Shown: positions 36,739-47,351, numbered from the stretch's first letter. The stretch: DNA of 64,000 nt from an uncultured bacterium (GCA_964012435.1 CAXGSM010000001.1:64001-128000), one strand, 5' to 3'. Notes: a model not told the origin generated them from the letters alone. Translations and numbers: made by a program.

Positions 36739-38180
36739 GCAGATATTGCAGCTTTTATCCAGTGTAAGGCATTTAAGGTATTAAGCCAAGAATTGTGTTC
36801 AAGTTGTTCAAAAAGAATGAATAAAAAGAAAATGCCAATAAGGTATTTTTTTGTTTTTTTGGAAATACTGAATATGTTTTTGTTTTTCATTTCGAATTCT
36901 TTTCTCAACAGAAGTACTCCAATTGAAACTGAGATCACAGAGGAAACAGGAACTGCAGAAAGTTTGTTTTCAAAATTTCCATAGAAAAAAAATATAAGAA
37001 AAGCTATGCAACTTAAGAATTGTTTTAATTTGATTTTTATCAGTTTTTTATGTATATTTTTAGCATAACAAGCCTTTGTGAGTATTGATTCAGATATTAC
37101 CAAAGGAAGAGATATTGCTAGTATTTTAAATATCGCAGCAACTTGAGCCGTATCATTATTCGTGAATTTTCCATATTGAAAAAGAAGCTCTGTGAAGAAT
37201 CTTGATTCAAAGAAAAAATATATTGTCATTGGGATTGCCAATACAAAACCTATTCTTAATGCTTTTTCCAGCTCTTTTGAAAAATTTGATTTTGAAATTA
37301 TTGAAAGTTCTGGAAGTGAAGCTTGCGCAATGCATACACCAATAAGGGAATTTGGAACCTGTATTAGTCTTGTTGAATAGTACAGCCATGATATAGACCC
37401 TGATCCCAATAAGGTTGCATAATATCGTGTTGCAATTAAAGTCAAGCTTGGGAAAATCCCTACCCCAACACCTTCAAGGTATTTTTTATCAAATTGTTGT
37501 TGATATTTGTTGTTCCAATTTATCTTAGGCCATCTTTTGCCAAGCCTAAATGCATAAAATTGAAAAACAACACCTATCCACGCACCCCATCCTGCTCCCC
37601 ATGTTAACGTTTCAATAGGGTCTTTTTTTAAAAAAAGAACACATGCAATTATTGATAAATTTAATATTATTGGGGTTAATGATGCAGCCAGCATTCTTCC
37701 CTGGCTTCTCAAGACACAGCTGGCCCATATACTGATCACTGCACCAGAAACATATCCCAAAAGTCCTTTTATAAGGCTTGAAAACATTTCAAGTTCAATA
37801 TCTGACGGCTTGTAGGCAGTCAAAAAGGTTGCAATATTTTTAGAGAAGAGAGAAAGTATTACAAGTGTGGGAATTAGCATGAATACAATCTTTGTCAAAA
37901 GTGAGCCGCTTGCAGATTGGTGTTTTTCTTTGTCATTAGCGATTTTTGACATGACTGGAATTGATATCGATTCCAATGGGGTTTCAACCAAAGCTGTTTT
38001 TAATGAAGTTAATATTTGAAAGCTTAATGCCCAAGCATCCATTACCGAATCGCTTCCAAGTTTTAAAGCTAAAAGAAGATCCCTTGCGTATCCTGTTGCT
38101 TTACTAAATGATATTCCTAAAAAATTTTTAAAGGCTCTTATTTCTAATTTTTTTTTCAAGCTAGTCTCTTCGTAAGGCAA
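36696..38180 (-). CDS. murJ: Lipid II flippase MurJ/MviN (probable start TTG 38159)
   Basis: S...G..RD...A..LG....DA, L.Y..RL.Q.P..L.G and LFQYGKF motifs. Confidence 0.88.
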   Translation of the reverse strand: MPYEETSLKKKLEIRAFKNFLGISFSKATGYARDLLLALKLGSDSVMDAWALSFQILTSLKTALVETPLESISIPVMSKIANDKEKHQSASGSLLTKIVFMLIPTLVILSLFSKNIATFLTAYKPSDIELEMFSSLIKGLLGYVSGAVISIWASCVLRSQGRMLAASLTPIILNLSIIACVLFLKKDPIETLTWGAGWGAWIGVVFQFYAFRLGKRWPKINWNNKYQQQFDKKYLEGVGVGIFPSLTLIATRYYATLLGSGSISWLYYSTRLIQVPNSLIGVCIAQASLPELSIISKSNFSKELEKALRIGFVLAIPMTIYFFFESRFFTELLFQYGKFTNNDTAQVAAIFKILAISLPLVISESILTKACYAKNIHKKLIKIKLKQFLSCIAFLIFFFYGNFENKLSAVPVSSVISVSIGVLLLRKEFEMKNKNIFSISKKTKKYLIGIFFLFILFEQLEHNSWLNTLNALHWIKAAISACSILYVWKNEVIK

Positions 38181-39387
38181 CGATCGGATCTAGCTTAGAA
38201 GCTTGATTTGCTGGAATCAAGCCAAACACTAAACCTATAGCCATTGAAACTGATGCCGATATGATGAAAACTTGAACATTGAATATTGGCTCTCCTGGAA
38301 AGTCAGGTATTCGGCCTATGCCACTTATTGCACCATAGCCAAGAAGCATCCCTAAAAGACCACCCATAAAAGCTAGAGATATTGATTCAATTAAGAATTG
38401 AATTTGTATATCCCTGTTGAGTGCACCTAGAGCTTTTCTGAGCCCGATTTCACTTGTTCTTTCAGCGACAGTGACTAGCATGATGTTCATTATCCCAATA
38501 CCGCCTATCAGCAATGATATGCTTCCAATTGCAAGAAGAAACATATTGAAACCATTTATGAAACCACTGACTGTAGTGACTATTTCTCCTGAATTAAATA
38601 TTCCAAAATCATTTCCTTCAGAAAATTTTATATTATGCCTTTTTCTTAACAGCTCAGTGATTTCTTGTTCTGTAAGAGCTATGTCTTTTAATGATTTAGC
38701 TTCTACATTTATTGTGCTTACACCTTTTCCTCCTGAAAAAAAGGATTTTGCTGTTGTTATTGGTATCAAGGATATTTCATCAGCACTTGAGAAACCGTCA
38801 TCACCCCTTCCTCCTCCTTCTTTTGCGCTAAGAACACCAATGACTTCAAAAGATACACCCCCAAGGATAATTTTTTCACCTATTGGATCTTGTCCAGGCA
38901 GTAGTTTTTTCCATAATCCAGGCCCTATAACAGTGACTCTCTTTTTGCCTTCTATGTCTAGTGGTGATAAAAATCTGCCTTTATCTATCTCATAAGATCT
39001 TACTGATGAATATGCTGGCGTTACCCCTCTGACATCAACATTTAAATTTCTATTACCTACTCTTGCAATTTCTCGAGCCCCAACTTCAGGTGCTGCAAAG
39101 TTCACATGAGGAAGTTTTTCTATTTCTTCAGCATCCTCTATAGTCAGGGGTTGTACTTTTTTTCTAGTTTCAATTGAACTGTCGTAATCTCTTCCAGGCC
39201 ATACAACTAAAAGATTAGTTCCGAGTCCAGCCATGCTGTCTTCAAAGTTTTTTTTAAAACCTTCACCTACACCTGTAACTATGACAACAGAGGCAACACC
39301 AAAGGTGATACCTATCAATGTAAGAATAGATCTAAGTGGCTTTGAGAAAATTGCCCGCATTGCAAATTTTAAATTTTCAACAATCAT
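38161..39387 (-). CDS. MacB/FtsX-type ABC permease
   Basis: RS.LT..GI..GV, GGIGIMNIMLVTV.ERT.EIGLRKALGA and PA..AS.LDPI.ALR motifs. Confidence 0.93.
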   Translation of the reverse strand: MIVENLKFAMRAIFSKPLRSILTLIGITFGVASVVIVTGVGEGFKKNFEDSMAGLGTNLLVVWPGRDYDSSIETRKKVQPLTIEDAEEIEKLPHVNFAAPEVGAREIARVGNRNLNVDVRGVTPAYSSVRSYEIDKGRFLSPLDIEGKKRVTVIGPGLWKKLLPGQDPIGEKIILGGVSFEVIGVLSAKEGGGRGDDGFSSADEISLIPITTAKSFFSGGKGVSTINVEAKSLKDIALTEQEITELLRKRHNIKFSEGNDFGIFNSGEIVTTVSGFINGFNMFLLAIGSISLLIGGIGIMNIMLVTVAERTSEIGLRKALGALNRDIQIQFLIESISLAFMGGLLGMLLGYGAISGIGRIPDFPGEPIFNVQVFIISASVSMAIGLVFGLIPANQASKLDPIVALRRD

Positions 39388-40052
39388 TTAACAATATTTC
39401 CATCTAAAATTTTTATTGTTTTGTCAGTTCTTTTTGAGATATCGGGATCATGAGTGACAAGAATAACAGTAATGCCTCTTTGTTTTTGCTCTTCCAGTAT
39501 TTTTAATATCTCTTCGCCTGTTTTGCTGTCAAGGTTTCCTGTCGGTTCATCGGCGAGTATTATCTCTGGATCATTAACTAAAGATCTAGCTATTGCAACT
39601 CTTTGCATTTGTCCACCAGACAATTCATTGCTCTTGTGGTTTGCCCATCTTTTAAGTCCTACTAATTCTAAATATTTCATCGCTCTTTCTTTTTTTTGTT
39701 TATTGTTTTTTCTTGAATACGCAAGAGGCAATGAAACGTTTTCCCATGCTGTAGTTCCTTGGAGCAGATGAAAACTTTGAAAAACAAAGCCAATTTTTTG
39801 ATTTCTCAAAATAGCTAATTTATTGCTATTGTGTTTGCTTATGTTTTCCCCATCTAAAAGATATTTTCCTTTTGTTGGCTTATCCAAAAGGCCTATTATG
39901 TGCATTAAGGTGCTTTTTCCAGAGCCTGAAGGTCCTATGATTGAAAGGCTCTCGCCTTTTTCTATTTTTAAATCAACTCCCCTTAGAGCCTCAAAGGATA
40001 TTTTTCCTGTTTTGTAAGTTTTTGATATTTCCTTAAGTTCAATTAGGGACAT
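39384..40052 (-). CDS. MacB/LolD-type ABC ATP-binding protein
   Basis: GPSGSGKSTL, IGFVFQ.F.L, LSGGQ.QRVAIAR and ADEPTGNLD motifs. Confidence 0.95.
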   Translation of the reverse strand: MSLIELKEISKTYKTGKISFEALRGVDLKIEKGESLSIIGPSGSGKSTLMHIIGLLDKPTKGKYLLDGENISKHNSNKLAILRNQKIGFVFQSFHLLQGTTAWENVSLPLAYSRKNNKQKKERAMKYLELVGLKRWANHKSNELSGGQMQRVAIARSLVNDPEIILADEPTGNLDSKTGEEILKILEEQKQRGITVILVTHDPDISKRTDKTIKILDGNIVK

Positions 40053-40057
40053 TGTTT

Positions 40058-41203
40058 TTAGCGTCCAGGTCTTCCGCTTCTTCTTCCTGATCCAACCATT
40101 TTCATTTCCAAATCTGCAGGAGGCCTGTTGACAACTTCATCACCAATCGACAAGCCAGATAAAATTTCAACATTTTTATCACCAACCTTTCCTACAGTAA
40201 TGGATATTCTTTCAGGGTCACCCTCTTCGTTGTATTTCCAAACAAAGGTTTTAGCTCCTTCAAATATTAATGCAGTGTCTGGAAGCCCAATTGCTTCAAG
40301 GGATGAAACTACAAATCTTGCCTCTCCGGTCATTTTCGGAAGAAGTTTTTTTTCTGAATTATCTATTCTGACTTCTATCTCATAGTTAATTATGCCGCCA
40401 GATTGAATACCCATGGGATAAACCCTGTAAAGAAAACCATTAAAATTTGAATCCGATTGACTTTGAACCTGTATGCTGCATTTCATATCTTCCTTAACAC
40501 TACTAACTTCAGTCTCGTCTACAAGTCCTAAAAATTTCATTGTCTTCATATTTCCTATTACTAGTAGGCTTGTACCACCACCCATACCTCCTGTTGCAGA
40601 AGACACAGCAGATCCTTCTTCTATGAGAAGGTTAAGCACAGTCCCATCCGCTGGAGCATATATTGTTGCATTGTTAAGTTCCTCTTGAGCTTCATTGACT
40701 CTTTCAAGAACTTCTTGTAGGTTTGCTTCTTGAATTTTTAGAGTTAGCTCCGCTCTTTTAAACCTTTCTTGAGCCTGAAGAAGTTCTTCTGCGGTTCCAA
40801 AACCTTTATCAACTAATTCTTCTGTTCTTGACATATTTCTTCTTGCTGATTCCAGTTCTAATTTTGATGATTCCAAACTCGCTTCTGACGAGGTCTTTGT
40901 TGCTAGAGCTTGATTCAATCTTGAATTTAAAAGCTTTTGGTCAAGCCTTATAAGCTCTTGGCCTTTTACAACATTATCTCCTTTTTCAACAAGAACTTCT
41001 GAAACAAGTCCGGAGGCTTCACTTTTTACCTCAACTTGAACAAGTGGCTCTATTGAGCCATATGCAACAACTGTCCTTTCAAGAGAAATATTTTCAACAG
41101 ATATTCTTTCCAATGTAGAAAAATCGAATTTTTCTCCCTTTTCCCATGGGCTTGAGCATGAGGATAAGGCCAAAATGAAAATAATAAATAATTTGTTTTT
41201 CAT
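40058..41203 (-). CDS. MacA/HlyD-type periplasmic adaptor (MFP), predicted lipoprotein
   Basis: Lipobox LSSC after MKNK (start 41203); V..E.SG.V..V.V..GD.V..GQ.L, coiled coil and I.AP.DG motifs. Confidence 0.88.
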   Translation of the reverse strand: MKNKLFIIFILALSSCSSPWEKGEKFDFSTLERISVENISLERTVVAYGSIEPLVQVEVKSEASGLVSEVLVEKGDNVVKGQELIRLDQKLLNSRLNQALATKTSSEASLESSKLELESARRNMSRTEELVDKGFGTAEELLQAQERFKRAELTLKIQEANLQEVLERVNEAQEELNNATIYAPADGTVLNLLIEEGSAVSSATGGMGGGTSLLVIGNMKTMKFLGLVDETEVSSVKEDMKCSIQVQSQSDSNFNGFLYRVYPMGIQSGGIINYEIEVRIDNSEKKLLPKMTGEARFVVSSLEAIGLPDTALIFEGAKTFVWKYNEEGDPERISITVGKVGDKNVEILSGLSIGDEVVNRPPADLEMKMVGSGRRSGRPGR

Positions 41204-41204
41204 T

Positions 41205-41561
41205 TTAGGGAACAATAATTTTTCTTTCTCCACCCTCTTTCATGCCTTCCTCTATGCTTTTATTTACTTTTTGCATGAGCTTCTCAAAGTTCATTTGAGC
41301 AGCAATGAATTGTTGGTAGATTGGCTTAGCTTCAACTTTCATTTGAACAGCTTCCATTTTTTTCTTTAATTCTTCTGGGATTTCAGTACCCCTAGACCTC
41401 ATTCCAACAGCTTGATCTTGAAGAGCTTGCATTTGCCCCAGCAAAGCTTTTAAGTCTTCATCTTTCGACAATGACTCCTGTGCTCTTCTAATACTTTTTG
41501 CTTCTTCAGATTGACCCAAGTTTACACCTAGGTTTTTTGCTTTTTCAAAAATCATATCCAT
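41205..41561 (-). CDS. YlbF/YmcA (RicAFT-related) family protein
   Basis: I.EKA..LG..L..S.E...............D at the N-terminus and .....AQ..F..LM..VN..I at the C-terminus. Start moved to ATG 41561. Confidence 0.75.
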   Translation of the reverse strand: MDMIFEKAKNLGVNLGQSEEAKSIRRAQESLSKDEDLKALLGQMQALQDQAVGMRSRGTEIPEELKKKMEAVQMKVEAKPIYQQFIAAQMNFEKLMQKVNKSIEEGMKEGGERKIIVP

Positions 41562-41596
41562 AATTTGTTTATCATAATCTCTATTAGGATAAAAAC

Positions 41597-43003
41597 ATGT
41601 CAACTGATATTAGATTTGGAACTGATGGATGGAGAGCTGAAATAGGTTTTGGCTTTAATGAGGATAATTTAAAAAGATTAATGCATTCAGTTGGCAAGAG
41701 AGTCAATGACATGGTTGACGGAAGGGCTCATGTTTGTGTTGGTTACGATACTCGTTTTCAGGCTAAAGAGTTTGCTTCAACTGCTGTTGAGTGTTTAATT
41801 TCAGAAGGATGCCATGCTCTGCTGTCTCAAAATTTTTGCCCTACTCCTAGTCTGTCATTAGGGGTTATAAAAACTGAAGCAGATTTAGGTGTTCAGATTA
41901 CAGCGAGTCATAATCCACACACTTACCTGGGAGTTAAGCTAAAAGGCTCTAATGGAGGGCCCTTGAAGGCAGGCATAATTTCTCAAATAGAGTTAGAAAT
42001 CGAGTCAGAGGTTTTTGAAAATCCAGAAAAAAGATTAAGGCCCCATGTTCCAAAAGACTTTAATCAGATATACAGAGAGACAATAGAAAATTTAATTGAT
42101 TTTGATTTTTTAAAAAAAGATAAAAAAAACATTTATGTTGATTTTATGCATGGAGCTCAGATGGATTTATTTAAAAATATTTTTATAAATTCAGGCAACA
42201 TGAATATTTTCTATCTTAGAGATTCGCGAGATTCAACTTTTGGTAACATGACACCAGAGCCAATTCCATCAAATTTAAAAATATTATCAGATTCTGTTCT
42301 CTCTTCAAGAAAAGAGTCAATCGGTTTAGCTTTTGATGGTGATGGAGACCGGTTTGCTTTTTGCGATGAAAGAGGCGAAGTTTTGTGGCCGCAGGAAACA
42401 TTTGCAATCATTGCTGACATCCTCATGCAGGAAGAAAAAGGCAATATAGCAAAAAGCCTTCCCACATCTGTTTGGTTAAACAGATTAGCGAAAAAGCATA
42501 AAGTTGATATTTATGAAACTCCTGTTGGTTTCAAGTATCTTTCTGATTATCTTGATACAGGAAAAGCTTTAGTCGCTGGAGAGGAATCAGGAGGTGTTGG
42601 TTTTAGTTTTCATATACCTGAAAGAGATGGTCTTCTTGCCTCTTTAAAGATAATTGAATACCTAGCCAAGAGAAAGAAAACATTAAGGTCCTTAAGGAAG
42701 GATCTAAGAGCAAATTATGGTGATTTTCATTATGAAAGAAAAGACATGAAGGTCAGTGATTCTGTTGTTGACAATGTAAAGAAAGACCCTGAACGATACC
42801 TCTCTAAACTCTCGAAAGAATTTGGTGTTTCAAAAAATAAAATAAATACTTCAGATGGTATTAAGTTAAATTTGAAGGATGATAACTGGGTCATGGCAAG
42901 GGCAAGCGGAACTGAGCCCGTCTTGAGGCTTTATTGCGAATCTGATAAAAAAGATAGCATGTCTTCGATTTTTTCAAGTTTAGAAAAAGTTTTATTTGAA
43001 TAG
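41597..43003 (+). CDS. Phosphoglucomutase/phosphomannomutase family protein
   Basis: FGTDGWR, TASHNP, DGDGDR, GEESGG and RASGTEP motifs. Confidence 0.94.
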   Translation: MSTDIRFGTDGWRAEIGFGFNEDNLKRLMHSVGKRVNDMVDGRAHVCVGYDTRFQAKEFASTAVECLISEGCHALLSQNFCPTPSLSLGVIKTEADLGVQITASHNPHTYLGVKLKGSNGGPLKAGIISQIELEIESEVFENPEKRLRPHVPKDFNQIYRETIENLIDFDFLKKDKKNIYVDFMHGAQMDLFKNIFINSGNMNIFYLRDSRDSTFGNMTPEPIPSNLKILSDSVLSSRKESIGLAFDGDGDRFAFCDERGEVLWPQETFAIIADILMQEEKGNIAKSLPTSVWLNRLAKKHKVDIYETPVGFKYLSDYLDTGKALVAGEESGGVGFSFHIPERDGLLASLKIIEYLAKRKKTLRSLRKDLRANYGDFHYERKDMKVSDSVVDNVKKDPERYLSKLSKEFGVSKNKINTSDGIKLNLKDDNWVMARASGTEPVLRLYCESDKKDSMSSIFSSLEKVLFE

Positions 43004-43672
43004 CTTTGTTGCTTCTACTTCGTGCCATTTTTTAAAATTATCATTGATGCTTGAAAAGATCCAAAAAAGATTTTCTTTTGTGATTTTTATTATGTTAGAA
43101 GAGCTTTTAGGCATGTAGTTATTCTCAAGACTGCTTAATTCAAGGTTTTTTTTCATTCTTGCAATAAAGTTTGAAGATGTCAGCCCCAAGCATTTTTTGG
43201 ACATTGTTTTTATTCTTTTTGATTCCTGGTCGTTGATGAAACTGTTTGAAAGAAAATAGCTTCCCTCGCTAAGGCGTTGAGGGCTGTCGGCTATGTTATT
43301 TGTGTAAAAAACGTGTTCCAGGTTTCCAAAAATTAAATTAAATCCCCCATATACGTTTTCCTTTGTTTCTTCTTTGAGAAAGCTTAAACAGCTCGTGATG
43401 TTTTTCTTTGCAAGAATTTCTAAAACTAATTTTCCTCTAGAATGAATTTTTGATTTGTTCGATTTCCTGTTTGTCACAAGGCAAAAAATTTTATTTTCAT
43501 TTAGGCCAAGCCAGGTGCCACCTTTAAGATTATCTACGCCAGCTATTATTTTTGTATCCTTGTATGTAAAGAAACCAGGATCCTTAAAACTTCTTGAGAC
43601 AAGCTCTTCTCTGTTGAATGCTATTGATATTGAGTCATCTAAGCTTTTTATGAATATTGCTGATATGCACAT
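42992..43672 (-). CDS. NRDE/TANGO2 family protein
   Basis: N-terminal MC, FNREE...R, D...GGTWLG.N, SRG.LV and GFNL motifs. Confidence 0.85.
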   Translation of the reverse strand: MCISAIFIKSLDDSISIAFNREELVSRSFKDPGFFTYKDTKIIAGVDNLKGGTWLGLNENKIFCLVTNRKSNKSKIHSRGKLVLEILAKKNITSCLSFLKEETKENVYGGFNLIFGNLEHVFYTNNIADSPQRLSEGSYFLSNSFINDQESKRIKTMSKKCLGLTSSNFIARMKKNLELSSLENNYMPKSSSNIIKITKENLFWIFSSINDNFKKWHEVEATKLFK

Positions 43673-43674
43673 TT

Positions 43675-45372
43675 TTACAGCTCATTCCAACCTGGGACAC
43701 CTTCCTGAGAGATATTATTGATTTTTTTATTTATTTGATTAATTTTTTCTAGTCTGTCTTTTTTGGCTGACATTGAGATCACCCTTCTCTCTTCTTTTAG
43801 GTTTTTTAGAATTATTGTCTTGATCACCTCTTCAACATCCTCTAAAGTTGCTTCTCTTTCGGATATTAGGGATTCTGCTATAAAAGATCTTTCCTCACCT
43901 TCGAACTGTTCCATGATTGATTTTGGCTCTGCTGAGTTGGTTGTGTTCATGACGAAATATATGTTCTTTATTTTTTTGCTTTCAAATTCATTAATTTTGT
44001 ATTTTTTAAAAATTCCAGAGATTATTTTCCATTTTGTTGGATTTTTGAAAAGGTATCTAAAAAGCTCCTCTTCCTCTATAAGAAATTTATTTTTAGTTGT
44101 TTTTTGATTGTTTTCATTTTTGATGCTAGATGTTTCTAATTCTGTTGTTACGAGATGTTTCGGCAACATGAATTTTTGTGAGATTCTGTCTATTATTTGT
44201 TGTTTTGAAACTGATTGATCCATATCTTTTATTAATGGTTTTATTTTTTCGATTGCTCGCTGTTTTGAGATTTCAGTTTTTAGGTTGTTTTCTTCTTGTA
44301 TTATTTGGTTTAAGTAAAATTCCAATGCATCTTGTTTTGCTGCCGATTCCCATCCCTTTTTGCCCTCCTCTTTAAGCCACTCATCAGGATCTTTTTTTTC
44401 TGGAGGTATTACTATGAGCGGTTCTATTCCAGCTTTCAGGAATCTACCAATTGCTTTACTTGCGGCAATTAGCCCTTTGTCGTCTCCATCCATGACAACT
44501 ATGGCTTTGTCTTTAACTCGTTTTACCATATATGCATGATCTTCAGAAAATGCTGTTCCCATTGATGCAACAGCACCTTTTATTCCTTCTTTTTCAAACC
44601 TTAAGACATCAGATTGACCTTCACACAATATCAGTGGCCCTTTGCTCTTTTTAGCATTGTCCCAGTTGTATAAAAGTTGACTTTTTTTAAATATTTCAGA
44701 TTCCATTGAATTTTTATATTTTGCTATTTTTTTATTTTTGTCACTCAAAACCCTTGCAGAAAAGCCACGTATCCTGCCAATATTATCTCTTATTGGGAAG
44801 GATATTCTTCCAGCAAGTGGCTCCCAGTTGTTTTTTGCTTTTGAGATTAGTCCAATTTCCAAGAAGATCTCTCTTTCCAGATTTGTTTTCTTCAGAATGT
44901 AACTTTTTAGCAATTGACCTTGTGGCGGAAAGACTCCAATTCCATATTCTTTGCACCATTGTTGATCAAAACCTCTTTCATTCATGTATTTCCTAAATGG
45001 TTTTCCATAATCTGATTCTTGAAATATTTTCACCAACCAACTATTTAAGTTTTCCAGAATTTCAAAATATGGTTTTTTTGACTTTTCTCTTCTTCCTGTT
45101 AGTTGAATATTATGCTTGTCAGCTAGATAATGCAAAGCTTCACTAAAGTCAAGATTTAGCTTTTCTTGTACAAATTTAAATATATCACCAGAAGCGCCAC
45201 ATGCAAAACAGTTATACAAGCCTTTATCTTCACTTACTGATAAGGACGGGTTTTTGTCATTGTGAAATGGACATAAGCCAGTCCAGCTAGAGCCTGTTTT
45301 TTTTAACTTGGTATATTCACTTATTGTGTCAACAATAGAAACTTCATTACGAATTTTTTCTACATCGTCCAT
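43675..45372 (-). CDS. dnaG: DNA primase
   Basis: CPFH.DK.PS......C..C zinc finger, FPI.....GF..R, KY.NS.E, EG..D and DGD..G TOPRIM motifs. Confidence 0.96.
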   Translation of the reverse strand: MDDVEKIRNEVSIVDTISEYTKLKKTGSSWTGLCPFHNDKNPSLSVSEDKGLYNCFACGASGDIFKFVQEKLNLDFSEALHYLADKHNIQLTGRREKSKKPYFEILENLNSWLVKIFQESDYGKPFRKYMNERGFDQQWCKEYGIGVFPPQGQLLKSYILKKTNLEREIFLEIGLISKAKNNWEPLAGRISFPIRDNIGRIRGFSARVLSDKNKKIAKYKNSMESEIFKKSQLLYNWDNAKKSKGPLILCEGQSDVLRFEKEGIKGAVASMGTAFSEDHAYMVKRVKDKAIVVMDGDDKGLIAASKAIGRFLKAGIEPLIVIPPEKKDPDEWLKEEGKKGWESAAKQDALEFYLNQIIQEENNLKTEISKQRAIEKIKPLIKDMDQSVSKQQIIDRISQKFMLPKHLVTTELETSSIKNENNQKTTKNKFLIEEEELFRYLFKNPTKWKIISGIFKKYKINEFESKKIKNIYFVMNTTNSAEPKSIMEQFEGEERSFIAESLISEREATLEDVEEVIKTIILKNLKEERRVISMSAKKDRLEKINQINKKINNISQEGVPGWNEL

Positions 45373-46697
45373 TAAAAAGTTATATTACCACTATTTCTAT
45401 TAAGCTCTTCCCCTTCTAAAAATTCAAGATTTGTTTTGTGGCTGTTTATGCCGTTTAGCATCACCTCTAAGCTTTCAACTGGATCCAAGGAAGAAAGCAT
45501 TCTTCTTAATTTCCATATCTTCCTTAATTCTTCATCTTGGTAAAGCAGCTCTTCATGCCTTGTTGATGATCTATTGATGTCAACAGCTGGATAAAGTCTT
45601 CTATTTGCTAGTCCTCTATCGAGATGAACTTCAAGATTCCCTGTGCCTTTGAATTCTTCATATATTATGTCGTCAAGCTTAGATCCAGTATCAACCAAAG
45701 CTGTTGCAATGATTGTTAAAGATCCTCCGTGCTCTATATTCCTCGCAGAGCCAAAAAATCTTTTTGGCTTGTAGAGACTTGCAGGATCCAAACCTCCTGA
45801 TAGGGTCCTTCCACTTGAGTTAACTGTTAAGTTATACGCTCTTGCTAATCTTGTTATCGAGTCTAAGAGTATTACAACATCTTTGTCCTGCTCGGCAAGG
45901 CTTTTGGCATGCTCTATAACAAGTTCAGCAACATGAGTATGATTCTCAGGTCTTTCGTCAAATGTGCTTGATATTACTTCACCGTCTATGGATCTCTCAA
46001 AATCTGTAACTTCCTCCGGTCTTTCGTCAATCAGTAGTGCAAAAAGCTTCACATTCGGATGGTTTTGAGATATCGAATCAGCTATATCTTTAAGTATTGT
46101 TGTTTTTCCAGCTTTTGGAGGTGACACGATCAAAGCCCTTTGACCCAAGCCTATAGGTGCAATAATGTCAATGATTCTGGCTGTGGTTTTTAAAGGGGTT
46201 GTTTCAAGTCGAATCCTTTCGTTCGGATATATAGGTGTCAGCTTTTCAAATGTTTTTCTATTTTTGATATATTGATATGGTGATTTTGATCCATTAATAG
46301 AAAGTATGTCAATTGCTGCAGAGTGTTTTTCTTTTTTTGCTCTTCTTGGAGGCGTTATTTTCGCTTCTACAATATCACCTGTTTTTAGTTTGAATTTATT
46401 TTTTATTAACTGAGGAATAAATACGTCTTCTGAACTTTGGTTCCATTTGTTTACTCTTATAAAACCATGTCTATCTGTTAGGTCAACAATCCCAATTTTG
46501 TTTTTCAAAGGTTCGATTCTTCTTTCTTCCTTTTTGGTTTTTTCTTGTTTTTTTTCTGTCATTTTTACCGTTATCACTTTGATTAATTCAGGCTTGGTAG
46601 CTTTTTTGTCATACTCTATATTTTTAGATTCAGCAATTGCTTTTAATTCTGCAACCTTCATTAATTCAAGTTTTTCTTTGTTTAGATTATTTTCCAT
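45372..46697 (-). CDS. rho: Transcription termination factor Rho
   Basis: [38 protein letters not shown] and EEFKGTGN motifs. Confidence 0.97.
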   Translation of the reverse strand: MENNLNKEKLELMKVAELKAIAESKNIEYDKKATKPELIKVITVKMTEKKQEKTKKEERRIEPLKNKIGIVDLTDRHGFIRVNKWNQSSEDVFIPQLIKNKFKLKTGDIVEAKITPPRRAKKEKHSAAIDILSINGSKSPYQYIKNRKTFEKLTPIYPNERIRLETTPLKTTARIIDIIAPIGLGQRALIVSPPKAGKTTILKDIADSISQNHPNVKLFALLIDERPEEVTDFERSIDGEVISSTFDERPENHTHVAELVIEHAKSLAEQDKDVVILLDSITRLARAYNLTVNSSGRTLSGGLDPASLYKPKRFFGSARNIEHGGSLTIIATALVDTGSKLDDIIYEEFKGTGNLEVHLDRGLANRRLYPAVDINRSSTRHEELLYQDEELRKIWKLRRMLSSLDPVESLEVMLNGINSHKTNLEFLEGEELNRNSGNITF

Positions 46698-46698
46698 A

Positions 46699-47226
46699 TT
46701 ATTTCCTCACTTTTTGTAGATGTCTTATCTCTTTTAGATTTCTAAATTTTTGATTAATGTCAAGGCCATATCCAACCAGATAATTATTCTTTATCTGAAA
46801 GCCTTGATAATCAATTTTTATATTTTCTTTTTCTACGCTAGACCTTTTAAGCAAACAGGCAATTTTTACCGAAGCTGGACCTCTTGCGAGTAGCATTTTT
46901 TTTAAATAGCTTAATGTCAAGCCTGTGTTTGTTATGTTCTCCAAGAGAATTACATGTTTTCCCTCTATGGAGATGTCGATATCTTTTTTTATTTGAACTT
47001 GGCCGGTGGAGCTTTTGCCTTCAAATTCTGAAATTGACAAAAAATCCATTTCACAATCAGGCTTGATGTTTTTCATAAGGTCGGAAGCGAACATAAAACT
47101 CCCTTTCAATATTGATATAAAACATATGCTTTTGTTAGCATAATCGTTGTTTATTTCTTGAGCAATATCCTTGATTCTTGCCAGTATCTCATTTTCAGAG
47201 AAGAGAACTTCGCCAATGTTATTCAT
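46699..47226 (-). CDS. hpt: Hypoxanthine phosphoribosyltransferase-like protein with altered PRPP loop
   Basis: ILKGSFMF.SDL, S.G.V, G..V...E.I..TG.TL and VGYGLD.....RNL motifs; canonical ED..D reads EN..N. Confidence 0.8.
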   Translation of the reverse strand: MNNIGEVLFSENEILARIKDIAQEINNDYANKSICFISILKGSFMFASDLMKNIKPDCEMDFLSISEFEGKSSTGQVQIKKDIDISIEGKHVILLENITNTGLTLSYLKKMLLARGPASVKIACLLKRSSVEKENIKIDYQGFQIKNNYLVGYGLDINQKFRNLKEIRHLQKVRK

Positions 47227-47351
47227 GATTTTTTTTATGTGTTAAAGGTGGTAAATGCGGTATTTATTTTTTTTGATGCATTCATATTCTACATATAAAA
47301 AGCTTTATAGTGTTTTTGTCTTTGTTCTTTGAGTTTTTTAAGGAAGGCAGT

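Noticed and set aside
19100..47226. RNA editing or codon reassignment explaining Asn at expected Asp sites (Hpt twice, Smr, YdjC)
   Set aside because: The same proteins carry other non-restorable changes (His to Gln/Arg, Tyr to Phe), and AAC/AAT encode conserved Asn in normal enzymes here. RNA-seq versus DNA comparison would settle it.
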